In this document: positions 36,368 through 48,957 of the stretch, piece after piece
Layout of the letters: the number at the start of each line of letters is the position of its first letter
Numbering within the stretch: position 1 is the first letter of the stretch
NCBI GenBank assembly: GCA_020137815.1
Contig: CM035355.1
Span: 3,534,001-3,598,000, forward strand
From: Hormiphora californensis
Taxonomy: Eukaryota; Animalia; Ctenophora
Length of the DNA: 64,000 nt
Direction: 5' to 3'
Notes under the pieces: model-generated
Database searches by the model: none
What the model was told of the DNA's origin: nothing
The model's input: the letters and a program-made list of their open reading frames with translations, nothing else
Translations under genes and position numbers: made by a program

Positions 36368-37167
36368 ATGGAGTACCCCACGAAGGGAGAGTATTACAGA
36401 ACCCTACCACCTGAATACAAGTTCAGTGAGGGCAAGGATAGGAAACAACACTTATTCATGCTGATACTGATCTTGGTCGGTATTGCAACTGTAATTACCA
36501 CCATCTACATACTATCTGAGAACAGAAACCAAGAAAAGGTAAGAGACAAAATTGCAATTGCTTTTTGATTATTATCAGACAAGTGAAATAATATTTAGGG
36601 CATCGCTCACTCCCACTGGATTGGAATGTAACGTTTCACAATAGCCCCGTGGCCCGTCTTTGCTAAAATCACACTTTTTACTCCCTCATCTCCTTCACCT
36701 GAACTAATATTCTGGAAAGTTTAGGAGTGTAAGATCAAAAGAGGTTGAGTCGGTTGACACTGTGTCCGTGTTAGCAGCTAGAATTTAAAAAGAAAGTATG
36801 AATAATTCAAAAAAGAGGGTACACTTTATAGTACTGAATCCCCTCCCACCAGATTGATCCTCGAGGTGAAGATGACGAGGGACCAACAGGTGAACTGTAC
36901 AACTACTACCAGAAGATCCTTGAGAGACTCTACGCGATTGATGACAATATGCCAACTGGAGAGTCCACGGAAGAACCACCAATAATCTGGTATCATGCTG
37001 TGGTCCGATGGTGGGTTATTGATGACACACCCACCATAACAGTCGAGGAGAATGTACAGGAGAATGTACAGGAGAATGTACAGGAGGGGACGTATGATGG
37101 GGTACAACAAGATGAGGAGGAGGAGGAACGACCAGTTGTACAGGCAGTGGCATACGCACTGAACTGA
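36368..37167 (+). CDS. Uncharacterised ~161-aa type II single-pass membrane protein with acidic ectodomain, 2 exons
   Basis: Exons 36368-36538 (GAAAAG|GTAAGA) and 36853-37167 splice in phase 0. MEYPTKGEYYRTLPPEY...HLFMLILILVGIATVITTIYILS...IDPRGEDDEGPTGELYNYYQKILERLY...(ENVQ)x3...DEEEEE. Confidence 0.72.
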
Positions 37168-37399
37168 GGGGACAATATGGGACAATTAATGTAGCATGTT
37201 GCATGGAAGTGTTCTTTTAGTTGGGTGTAACGCGATTTTGAAGGTACACAATTTGTAGTTGAAGAGCGTTAAATATGTAAAAAGCAGATAAAATATTAAA
37301 AGTTCTTTGTACTTTAGGTACTCAAAATCCACTCAGAACTTTGTGCTATTGTCTCACAAAAGTAAACGTTTCAAAGATTGAGGACACTAGGCAGGGAGG

Positions 37400-37672
37400 A
37401 GGGATTGTGGTATTGTAGTATAACCTGCCCTTCCTGGAAGCCCTCCCTGGAAGCTCATCACATCAGGTCAAGTAACGAATTGTTCTTGTTAGCTGTATCC
37501 AGTATCCGGAGATCGGCCCGGGAATCTCTCCAACCACTTATTTTCGAATCTCGAGCCACTCTGTAGGCGAATGAGTTGTGGTACTTCGTAGCTACAGAGA
37601 CTTGTGTGGTGGTGGGGACTGGGGGAAGTTGGAATTTGGAACCCACTTTTCAAAGCAACGGATTCCTACCGT
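37400..37672 (-). mobile_element. Degenerate 3' fragment of a CR1-group LINE
   Basis: Minus-strand peptide KFQLPPVP...KYHNSFAYRVA...NNSLLDL resembles the C-terminal tail of CR1/L2-group ORF2; it is disrupted. Confidence 0.4.
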
Positions 37673-37674
37673 CA

Positions 37675-38161
37675 TCAATTTTGGATTTTCAATTATCTTA
37701 ATAAGATAATTGAAAATCCAAAATTGAGAATCTCTACAGTGTCCAGCTATGCATATGTTATCTCTTCACATCCCTAGAAAAATGACCCATAACTCATTTT
37801 TCGACTTATTGCATGCCATTCCAATTTGTTGGTGGAGTCTGGCGGAAATATATAGCACACTAAACTGAACTTAAGATCGATGCTAGAGCCAATGCCCCTC
37901 CCCTCCCTCCATGAAATTTCAAGACACCAAAATAAGATATCTTATTTTGGTGTCTTGAAATTTCATGGAGGGAGGGGAGGGGCATTGGCTCTAGCATCGA
38001 TCTTAAGTTCAAGTTTAGTGATGCTAGGGTTAGATTTTCCGCCAGATCTCCACCAACAAATTGGAATGGCATGCAATAAGTCGAAAAATGAGTTATGGGT
38101 CATTTTTCTAGGGATGTGAAGAGATAACATATGCATAGCTGGACACTGTAGAGATTCTCAA
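37675..38161. repeat. Two abutting palindromes: 53 bp (26-bp arms) and ~438 bp spacerless
   Basis: TCAATTTTGGATTTTCAATTATCTTA-A-TAAGATAATTGAAAATCCAAAATTGA (37675-37727); the large palindrome 37724-38161 is centred on GATATC at 37936-37941. The ORF track gives the same peptide on both strands here. Confidence 0.95.
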
Positions 38162-39651
38162 ACACCACTCAGCTGAGGAGAAGGGGGAGTGGGGACAGCC
38201 TGAGCTGGAATTTTAGAAAAATCAACCAAAAAGTTCGAGAACGTTCGGTTCAAAAATTTACCCTTACAAATTTCAGAAGTTTGTAAAAAAAACTTGCTTC
38301 TGAGACATCTCACTTCGCGCCGCGGCGTTGCTTTAGCGCGTACGAAATTGCTAACAATGACGCATGAATACTTTCTACTGAAGCGATGTCATTGCGCGCC
38401 CCACAAACAGTTCTGCAATCTGCAGGTTGATGATCTAAGCACTAAGACGAAAATCCAAAAGCCATCAAATTGGCCAAGACGATGACGTTTCAAGATAAAC
38501 ACGTTTCATTAGAAATGGTGAAGATTAAACTGAAGGGAGGGGAGATAAAACAACATAATCACGCAAAACTCATGCCATACAAAAATTCGAAAATAAAATG
38601 TCATACTTTTTACTTCCCTCTCAGTCTCCAGCTCGGCTTTCTCGTTATCCCTTGTATATATCACCCTTAAAACAACAGAACACTATAACCACTAAATCAC
38701 ATATCTCAATATCACAATACCCCCTTTGGCCTTTTCTCATATCACAAAATCTCATATATCACCTGTATGGCGGCGCCATACCCCATTTGATTCTCAGATG
38801 GGTCGCGGCGCCAGACAGTATATCACACCGTCTCATATCACATCCTCCTCAGGACTATCTGGTGTTGACATCTCACAATATGTGGCTGGCCTCATTTTGA
38901 TTGGTTGAGAGCGCCGTCTGATACTCATGTCAGGGCTACCTCGTAGCACCGTGTTAATGCTTCGTGGTGGGGGTACTGGCCGGTCACTCTGGGGCGAGGA
39001 GTTATTCTGGGGGTAGGAGGGGGAGTTAGTAGGGGTTAGCGTGGTAAGATGAACATATAATGTGGTTACATTCAACAACACATGATCAATGTTGTGGACA
39101 CGATGTTATGTTTAGACTGGCACAGTACATAACACAGCAGCAGCAGCAGTACTAGGACAACACTTGCACGGTCTACATTGTACATTGGCCAATGTACTCA
39201 GTACATTGTACATTGTTGAAACAAAGATGATGGAAATTATACAACGAATGTGTGAATAGAGAACATTTTACACCAGTTTTATTCCATTTTACACATTTGG
39301 AAATAGAGAATGAATTGTTCGTATCCTGTATAGTGTAGAAGGCCTTTGTAAAATTACAGGAGTTAGAGATTGTCTGTTATACATAACGGCCTCCAGGACC
39401 CCCCATGATATGACTCCACTAGGCAGCACATGCAATTGGGTTCTCAAAGCAGACTCAAATTAATGCAACACCACAACTTCCACAACTTCCACAGCAAAAT
39501 AAGTAGGTACATTGAGGTCTTGTCTACCAGACCACATCACATTATAGTTCCCAACTACTGCAAACAGCAATATCAATATTCCAACTACAAAACAGCAATA
39601 TATCCCAATTCCCAACTAACAGCTGAGTTACGTGCTCAGTGAAGCACCTCT

Positions 39652-42600
39652 TTAGTTGTTCCCAAATCCGGCAGGTCGGCTGGGCCTGGTTAGTGGCTGC
39701 TGCATTGTGTACAGCCTTGCAAGCCTCCTGACTGGCGGCTCTGGTGACGAGACTTCCTCTTGCTTTGGCGGTGGATTTGGCTCCAGATTTAATCCGGCAG
39801 GTTTTGGTGGCGGAATTGGCGCCAGATTTAATCCGGCAGGTTTTGGTGGTGGAATTGGCGCTAGATTTAATCCGGTAGGTTTTGGTGGCGGAATTGGCAC
39901 CAGATTTAATCCGGTGGGTTTTGGTGGTGGCAGTGGTGGTATGTCAGGTCGATCAATTCCATTTCTGTCCCAGTAATTCTGTGTACAAAGGGGACAAGAA
40001 TAATCATTTACAGGGGACAATATTAAATAGTAGTAATTACATTGGACAACAATTAATTGTACTTACAGGGGACAACAAAACATGTAACAACATTGGAAAA
40101 GTTCATATTTCTATTCGGCTGACACTTCCAAATTAGGGAGAAAAAAATCAAGGTCTGTAATGTTATAAGATCCGGCCATCTTATCTGTAAAATCAAAAGT
40201 TGAATGGTGAGACAAGGGATCACTACATGTTGAAAAAGGGATCATTAGTAGTGACACTGCATCAGATATGGGATCACTACAAGTCTCTATTTACACTGGT
40301 GGTGGGAGAACTACCAGATCCGATTTGGATAAACTTAGTTAAAGCCCAGTTTTCTTTCTTAACTTTGCTCAGCAACCTCTGTAACACACAATTTATTGGA
40401 CAAGAAATATCTAGGACATACTACTAGGACACGAAAAGCATTCCTTATATTAATTGTAAATATTAAAAAGATACATTGCATTTTGAGTTAACCGACAGGA
40501 CAGAATTATATTAACCGTTCTCTCTTACCTCTAGTCGCTCAATATACCCCTCCAGACTATCGATCTTGTTCTTACTCAGCTTGATCACTGTTCCCTGTTC
40601 TGTCACCGTGGCTGTCAGTTGTGCGACCTGGGCACGGAGTTCTTCCAACTCTTTCTCCTTGGCTTGCAGCTCCCGGGATTGTACTTGTAGCTTGATCGCC
40701 TTTATCTGGTACATATTCTGGGGAGGGTAGGGGTGTCAGGGAACATGGGGGGATGGGCAGAGGGGGTCAGGGAACTGGGGCGAGGGGGGTCAGGGAACTG
40801 GGGGAGGGGTAGACGGATGTCAGTGAACTGGGGGGGGGGAGCGTGAGGGGTAGTTGTGAGGAGTGGGGTTGTTTTCTAATTTTCCTTCAATATGATAAGA
40901 TCTGCACATCTACAAATTGAAACCACAGTCAGTCGTGTACACACCTCCACATTACATTGATTGTACAGACTCTGAGAGCGTAACTTGACACGAGTCACGA
41001 AACCAGTGCATCTGTGTGTGTGTGTAATGTCACACCATTGCAGAAGCAGGAGACAACTTGTTGATAACATTTTAGCTGTGATACAGCGTGAGACATGACA
41101 GAAAATGTCCATAATTTTCAGAAAGAAAAAAAAAAACAAACCGGATTTACGCCACACTTTTTCCATTTCAACTTAAAATATATCTCACTCGCCTATGTAA
41201 TGTTCTAAATGAGATGTTGAGGGGAAGTTTGTTTCAGTGTTCCCGGTGGGTTGCAGATTGGTATAGAATGACACTCTGTTACCATGGTTACCACTATATT
41301 TAACTGCTGACACAATAGCATGATCCCACTTCACTAGGAAGTGCATTTGTAAACGCAACTAATCTGACATCAGCTGCGGTTCTGAATTACCAGATGTCCA
41401 AATATGTCCAGCTTTTGTCTACTTTTGGACAAAAGTCTCTCAAAAGTGGCCCTCTAACATGATACTAAGGGGAGCTAAGGGGGTCCATATGATGTCATTG
41501 CAGGGGGGGGGGGTCCCCTATACCATGGAGAAATTACAAAATACAGAAAGCTACCAACTTTAGTTATGTATTATATTATTGATTATAGTATTAACCAAAA
41601 CGCGGAGTTTTTACGTCAGCCGACCCGAAACCGGATTAAATTTGGCCACCCGCTGGTCTCAGGGCCTCCAAATATGTCAAAATATGTCTGAATTGTCATT
41701 TGGGGTCATTTAGACCTTTTAATTACATGTAATTACCCTTTAATTTCATGAAATTACCCTATAATTACATGTAATTACATTTTAATTACATGTAATTACT
41801 TCCAATTACATTCCAATTACTTCAGCACCTCGAGAGCTTTCGAACGCACCCTAGAACACCTTTCTACTCCTTCTAATTGCCGAGTTCTATATACCCCTTA
41901 TTTTGACTGTTTTTCGCGTCCTACCCCTTATAGGTTTGGGTATGGCCATCGCCACACCCCCTATACGTCGCGAGACCTCGAGACCTTTCCAACGAGCCAT
42001 AGAACACCTCTCTACTACTTCAGGGGGCTTCAAAACTTTCACTCTAAAAATATCTATGGTTTATGGTTTTATGGTTTATGGTTTTACTCGACCAAAACGC
42101 GAAGTTTTTACGTCAGCCGACCCGAAACCGGATTAAATTTTGCCACCCGCTGGTCTCAGGGCCTCCAAATATGTCAAAATATGTCTGAATTGTCATTTGG
42201 GGTCATTTAGACCTTTTAATTACATGTAATTACCCTTTAATTACATGTAATTACATTTTAATTACATGTAATTACTTCCAATTACATCCCAATTACTTCA
42301 GCACCTCGAGAGCTTTCGAACGCACCCTAGAACACCTTTCTACTCCTTCTAATTGCCAAGTTCTGTATACCCCTTATTTTGACTGTTTTTCGCGTCCTAC
42401 CCCTTATAGGTTTGGGTATGGCCATCGCCACACCCCCTATACGTCGCGGGACCTCGAGACCTTTCCAACGAGCCATAGAACACCTCTCTACTACTTCAGG
42501 GGGCTTCAAAACTTTCACTCTAAAAATATCTATGGTTTTATGGTTATGGTTTATGGTTTATGGTTTTTTTTTCATCTGGTATTAAGGGCCTGTCGGCTCG

Positions 42601-45600
42601 GCCCCGTTGTTTTAGTTTTAGGGGGGATGTTTTAGGGGGGATGGGTTGAGTTTGGGTTATATTCGGGTCGGGGGGCCTTGCCAGGCCCCGAATGGTTTAT
42701 GGTTTATGGTTTTTTTTCATCTGGTATTAAGGGCCTGTCGGCTCGGCCCCGTTGTTTTAGTGTTAGGGGGGATGTTTTAGGGGGGATGGGTTGAGTTTGG
42801 GTTATATTCGGGTCGGGGGGCCTTGCCAGGCCCCGAATCGACCAAAACGCGGAGTTTTTACGTCAGCCGACCCGAAACCTGATTAAATTTGGCCACCCGC
42901 TGGTCTCAGGGTCTCCAAATATGTCAAAATATGTCTGAATTGTCATTTGGGGTCATTTAGACCTTTTAATTACATGTAATTACCCTTTAATTACATGTAA
43001 TTACATTTTAATTACATGTAATTACTTCCAATCACATTCCAATTACTTCAGCACCTTGAGAGCTTTCGAACGCACCCTAGAACACCTTTCTACTCCTTCT
43101 AATTGCCGAGATCTGCATACCCCTTATTTTGACTGTTTTTCGCGTCCTACCCCTTATAGGTTTGGGTATGGCCATCGCCACACCCCCTATACGTCGCGGG
43201 ACCTCGAGACCTTTCCAACGAGCCATAGAACACCTCTCTACTACTTCAGGGGGCTTCAAAACTTTCACTCTAAAAATATCTATGGTTATGGTTTTATGGT
43301 TTTATGGTTTATGGTTTTTTTTCATCTGGTATTAAGGGCCTGTCGGCTCGGCCCCGTTGTTTTAGTTTTAGGGGGGATGTTTTAGGGGGGATGGGTTGAG
43401 TTTGGGTTATATTCGGGTCGGGGGGCCTTGCCAGGCCCCGAATAAAACTGTAATAGCAGTGATTAACTGTGATTCACACGCACCTTCAGTTCGTCAGTAT
43501 CAATTGTAGAAAGGTCCAACTCGTTCTCGTCCTCCAGATCTCTATCAGATGGGAACAACTTGCCACAATTAATTATCATTATCTGAAGGGGAGAATGAAT
43601 AACAATTAATTATCACTAGAACTGAACAGTTGAAAAAGTCACAAGGCCGATTGGACTATCCCGGCAGCGAACAAGTTCATTGAATTTAGTTCAAATAAGG
43701 GGATGGGATTTTTTATACCTCTGTAACTTTTTTCAGCTTCTGAATATCCTCCATTTCCTTCTCCAGACTATGGTCAGCACTGGTGTTTTTCAGGATGGTC
43801 GGAGAAAACACGATGGCCAGATTGTTGAGGTCCATTAGATTGGAGGCTGAGTAGGTTTGGACCTTGTAAAGGAACATACACAACATCTAGGAAGGGGTGG
43901 GTTAGGGGGTTGATGAAATTGAGCAAAATTTATACACCAAAAAATATCCCAAAAAGTGTATTTCTAGTCCACTTTCTACTTCCAGTAAACTTTCTAAAAT
44001 TAAAACTTACTCTAAGTGTGTTAAAGTTGGTTGGAGGAATCCGTTTTAGCAAGTGCTGCATCTCATTCAACCCTTCATTCTGAAACAACACACAACTGGA
44101 ATTAGGTACACAGAGGAACACTTTAGGAACACTTTAGGTACACAGAGGAACACTTTAGGTACACAGAGGAACACTTTAGGTACACAGAGGAACACTTTAG
44201 GTACACAGAGGAACACTTTAGGTACACAGAGGAACACTTTAGGTACACAGAGGAACACTTTAGGTACACAGAGGAACACTTTAGGTACACAGAGGAACAC
44301 TTTAGGTACACAGAGGAACACTTTAGGTACGCAGGGGAACACTTTAGGTACACAGAGGAACACTTTAGGTACACAGAGGAACACTTTAGGTACACAGAGG
44401 AACACTTTAGGTACACAGAGGAACACTTTAGGTACACAGAGGAACACTTTAGGTAGATAGAGTCTAGAGAACACACTCAGACTCATCCGAGATGAATTGC
44501 TCAGAGTTCAGGATCTCTCCATTCTCCACACAGAGAATGAGAGCTGGTACTTTCCTACAAAGTCTTTCTGAACTTCATAGCAACTGGTGACCCCTGTCAT
44601 AACTGATACTCGAGACTTTGTAATGTCGCACACGGTTCGGAGTTGTGAGACAACTCCTGGTCATGAAAAAAGACACTCTTACTCTCCTTGCTCAACCCTG
44701 TTTCACCGCACGCACAAATGTAAAGGATCAGGGTTCGAACAAACACACTCTTACTTGATCTACCGAACCCTCACAAAGGTGTGAGCCACACACACTCTTA
44801 CCGGATTAATTTCGTATGTCAGAATGATTGCCACAAAATCTTCGTAGAGCGAACTAGGAATGATGGAGTCAGGAAGGACTCTGAGATAAAGTTTTAGGAG
44901 GCTTGCTACTGTGTGGGTGTCACATCTTATCTCAAGATTTGGCTCTAGCCCCTCCTGGAAATCCATCTTTAGCTGCTTCACCTGTGTATTGAGAGAGGTG
45001 TCAGAGGGGTGTGAACTGTGAGAGAGAGGTGTTAGGGGGGTGTGAGAGAGGGGTGTGCGTGTTAGGGGGTGTGAGAGAGAGAGGTGTTAGGGGGGTGTTT
45101 GTTACAGTGAGGACTGAGGGTGATATATCATTTATTTGCTGGAAGAGGGAAAGGCGTATAAAGGATATTGTAATGGTCGATCTGATATTATTAGGTCTAC
45201 CACAGTACCAGTTTGTTAGTCCATAGATGACAGATAGAGAGTACTAAAAAGACTAAATACTCCAGTAACTCTATGTATTAGGCTTAGGGTGAACAGCAGA
45301 CTAAATCCTAAACCTATTATAGATGGACGTTATTTTCTTGTTATTCTCTAACTGCGGAGCTAGAAATAGAGATACATGATAGTACATGGATGTGGTGTTT
45401 TATTTCAGTGTGCTACTCAAAGCAGAGTTTCGGATAAACTCCCCATTTGTGTAAACTGTAAACTGCAAACCCCTTGTTGTATAAACGTTAGTACACTGTA
45501 ACACTCGGACTTCGGAGTTTTTAATGGCTACAGTAACAGTGTATACAGATACAGAATCCATGATATTTGTGCAATGTCCTAAGGAGCTAGTATGGCTTCA

Positions 45601-46584
45601 AAGTCAGTCACAAGTCACATCTCATTACACAAGTATGTGTGTTTGTGAGGGTAGACGACTGTAGCTGATGGTGCTTGATCACTCATCACTTGTTATTATC
45701 TTATATGTCCGAATTTACTCAGCGTGCAATTATTAACTATTAAAAACTCCGAGCATTGCATGTATATTAAGCTTCCTAGTGAGACCTAAAAAACGAGCTA
45801 ATGAGCAGATATATTACTAATAAAAGCCTATCCATTAGTACTTCTGTACTAAGTCACACACACACAGTAAAAGCCTATCCATTACTAATAATGCTCTACG
45901 TAAGTACTAACCGTCCGTTCGTTGCCAGGGAGACGAAAGATGCCATTCTCGACAATTCTAGCGGGAGTATCCAAGAAGCCTATACACTGGGAAATCACCC
46001 TGGGAACGGTTCCTCCACCGTGAACTCTTTCTCTGCGGACCGAAACCTCAATCAGGGTTCCAAACATTCCTCCACCAAACGGGGCATAGCTGCAGTAGAG
46101 GGGGGTTGATGATGTTAGAAAGTGCATGATCCCTTGTTGGTCTTTATTGATCTTGTCTTACCAAACACTGGATATGGCATCTATGAACTTTTCTCGTTCT
46201 GACTTAGTTTCACACATAAAATGGCAAGTATCATCTCGGTCTATCAGATCAAACTTGTAAACACCATCAGCAGATGGTGGCTGTGTTATCCTCTTCCCTG
46301 AGAAAAAAACGAATTAATTGAAGGACAGTTATGCCAGGGATTATTATCCTGTAATTTTGTAATTTTGTAATCCTCTTTGCACAGATATATCCACTACTTT
46401 TACTGTCAACAACTTTGCTCCTCCCCACTTTACCTGGCAACTCTATTTCACCCAAGGGAGCAGAGCTGGCATCGTCCTTTTTGTAGTAGGAGAGTGTGAT
46501 GCCCTTAATCACGACCCATCTCCGCTCGAACCTCTTAATCGCCCCCGAGGTCTCCTTTTTGAGCCACCCCGATGTTATTGACAT
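39652..46584 (-). CDS. ARHGAP24: PH + RhoGAP + coiled-coil protein (ARHGAP22/24/25 family)
   Basis: Exons 46584-46434, 46297-46162, 46089-45912, 44981-44802, 44079-44011, 43886-43719, 43582-43484, 40717-40529, (40378-40295), 39978-39652. PH domain SGWLKKE..RRWVVIKGITLSYYK; family linker FGGGMFG; arginine finger GIFRLPG; HTVASLLKLYLRVLP; NLMDLNNLAIVFSPTIL; coiled coil; Pro-rich tail. The N-terminus may extend upstream (acceptor at 46615). Confidence 0.88.
39763..39940 (-). repeat. 39-bp coding minisatellite encoding (PIPPPKPxGLNLx) x ~4.5
   Basis: CAGATTTAATCCGG(C/T)AGGTTTTGGTGG(C/T)GGAATTGGCGC repeats inside the RhoGAP terminal exon. Confidence 0.92.
41593..43446 (-). mobile_element. Tandem array of a ~600-bp Helentron/Helitron2-like non-autonomous element (module order A-A-B-B-A-B)
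   Basis: ~475-bp module A starts at about 41594, 42091 and 42841; ~150-bp module B at about 42545, 42693 and 43295. On the minus strand the unit begins TTT-ATTCGGG..GGCC-hairpin..CCCGAAT, carries the subterminal IR CCGACCCGAA/TTCGGGTCGG and ends with hairpin AAAAC-TCCGC-GTTTT then GGTT. Internal AATTACATGT and ATGGTTT repeats; no TSD. Confidence 0.68.
44103..44453. repeat. 21-bp intronic minisatellite (~16 copies)
   Basis: TAGGTACACAGAGGAACACTT repeated; lies just upstream of a RhoGAP acceptor. Confidence 0.96.
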
Positions 46585-46726
46585 TACATGACAGGGTCCA
46601 GACGCATTCCCACTACTATAAAGACGGACTTTTAGAACTTTTCAAATGCTTTAAACATCTCAGTGGTCAAAAAACGTTGAAAACTGAAAATTGCGGTTTA
46701 AAAAAACCAAAAACTTGGCATACGTT

Positions 46727-48945
46727 GCAGGCCCCTTATAATATAATATAAGGGGCCTGGAGGGAATACCGCGCTAGGGGGGAATACATAATCAATCATA
46801 TCTCCGGTTCCAGATAAGGTACAGAAATCGTTTTGGTAGCGTTGGAAAGAGGAAGATAACAGCTTTCAAATGCAATCGGTTTCAGGTCTCTATCTTATCA
46901 GGAACAGGAGATATGAACCAAACTCCGCAAAATCGAGTGCGGTAAAATCAAAATTTGAATGAAATTTTAAAAAAGGTGTCCCTGTACGGTGGCAGATTCC
47001 GGCCAAGTGTTTTTTCAATCAAGTGAAATATTTTTGTTTGAAGTTTTATAAAAATTTTATTTCAAAATAAAAATAAACATGTCGTTAAAATTATTGGCCG
47101 GAATCTGCCACGCGGGTGGCAGATTCCGGCCAAGATTCTCAAAAAACCTTGGCCAGAATCTGCCACACACGTGGCAGATTCTGGCCAACCAACTAAAACT
47201 TGTTTATATCAAAGCGAAAACCACTGTACCCGACTAATTTTGATACGCTGAATCACGTAAGATACTTTTCCAATCCCTCAGAGGTCGGAAAAGTGTCATA
47301 ATTGACCATAATTGGGTCTAATTGACCCCACTTACAACTTTTCACCTTGAAACGATAGACGCTTATGTGAAGGCACTTTTCCGACTAATTTTGATACGCT
47401 GAATCACGTAAGCAACTTTTCCAAGTCCTCCGAGGTCGGGAAAATGCCTTAATTGGGTCTAATTAGCCTTAATTGCTCAATTAGGGCACTTTGCCGATCT
47501 CTGAGGACTTGGAAAAGTTGCTTACGTGATTCAGCGTATCAAAATTAGTCGGAAAAGTGCCTTCACATAAGCGTCTATCGTTTCAAGGTGAAAAGTTGTA
47601 AGTGGGGTCAATTAGACCCAATTATGGTCAATTATGACACTTTTCCGACCTCTGAGGGATTGGAAAAGTATCTTACGTGATTCAGCGTATCAAAATTAGT
47701 CGGGTACAGTGGTTTTCGCTTTGATATAAACAAGTTTTAGTTGGTTGGCCAGAATCTGCCACGTGTGTGGCAGATTCTGGCCAAGGTTTTTTGAGAATCT
47801 TGGCCGGAATCTGCCACCCGCGTGGCAGATTCCGGCCAATAATTTTAACGACATGTTTATTTTTATTTTGAAATAAAATTTTTATAAAACTTCAAACAAA
47901 AATATTTCACTTGATTGAAAAAACTCTTGGCCGGAATCTGCCACCGTAGTCCCTGCAAGAATCTGTGACGTCACTTTTTGAAAACAACCCATCTTTCAAC
48001 GGCTATTGCTCAGCCTCCTTAAGTCCAATTAACTTCTCTCAAAAACAGCAAGGTATACTCCATTTTTTTTCAACTGTTCACCCCCCAAAGTCGTGCGCGG
48101 AATTGTTTTGCGCGTCTATCACATGTTAACGTGTAGCGCGCGCCACGAAAATTCTAAATTTCACTGAAATTTCGATTTTGGGTGAACAGTTGAAAAAAAA
48201 TGGACTTTAAAGTCGGATTTTTTGAAACTGTCACCCCCCTGAAATAACAAAATTTGCCATATCTCCGGTTCCTGATAAGATAGAGACTTGAAATTTGGAG
48301 GTTCGGAAGAACTTAGCAAGATCTTCGTAACCTCCAAATTTCAAGTCTCTATCTCGTCAGGAACCGGATTTATGGTCATTTACGAAATTTGAAAATACCC
48401 AGGGGGGTGACAGTTTCAAAAAATCCGACTTTAGATAATCGTCAGATCTAACAACTGGTGAAAGAATCAAGTCAAACGGACTTCAGGAGCCAAAGTTATA
48501 AGCACCGCCGTTTTTTCGACCGCAAAGTTATCTTCGACCCAGCCGGGATCAGGCCAAACGCGCGCGCGGCATTCCCTCCAGTCCCCTCGTTGCGGGGGTG
48601 CGCGCATGAGGGGGCTGCAGCGCATTCCAAACCAAAAACGCAATTTAAAGTTTTTTGAAAATTTTGGAAATTTCCATTTTTCGTGCGCGCACACTGCCTT
48701 GCTAAGTTTTGCAGTACATTATATTAAATTTGGCGCGTTACTGCAAAACGTGGCGCGCGAAAGGGCCAGGGCCCGCAGGGAACATTTCAGAAATTTTCAA
48801 CTTTCAAAATTTTAAAAATCGTGGTTGTGTTTGGGAGGAAAACGTTAAAATCTGGGTTAGGGCTATCCGTTAGGGTCTGGTTAGGGCCCTAACCAGACCC
48901 TATAGGGTTTGGTTTGGGGTTATCGGTTAGGGCTATCGATTCTCT
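46727..48945. mobile_element. Composite non-autonomous element rich in internal inverted repeats (host of the foldback below)
   Basis: Palindrome CAGGCCCCTTATA..TATAAGGGGCCTG at 46727; recurrent ATATCTCCGGTTCC(A/T)GATAAG in both orientations; IR 48209-48432; GGTTAGGG-rich end. Boundaries are approximate. Confidence 0.5.
46985..47948. mobile_element. ~960-bp foldback element with ~450-bp near-perfect arms
   Basis: TACGGTGGCAGATTCCGGCCAA ... TTGGCCGGAATCTGCCACCGTA; GTCCCTG is duplicated on both sides. Confidence 0.9.
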
Positions 48946-48957
48946 ATCAGTTACCGC

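Noticed and set aside
44053-44486. (RNTLGTQ)n and complementary repetitive ORFs
   Set aside because: They come from a 21-bp minisatellite within a RhoGAP intron; the flanking exons splice in frame without it.
48853-48932. TTAGGG-like repeats as an interstitial telomere
   Set aside because: There are only a few degenerate, interrupted units, embedded at the end of a transposon-like region.
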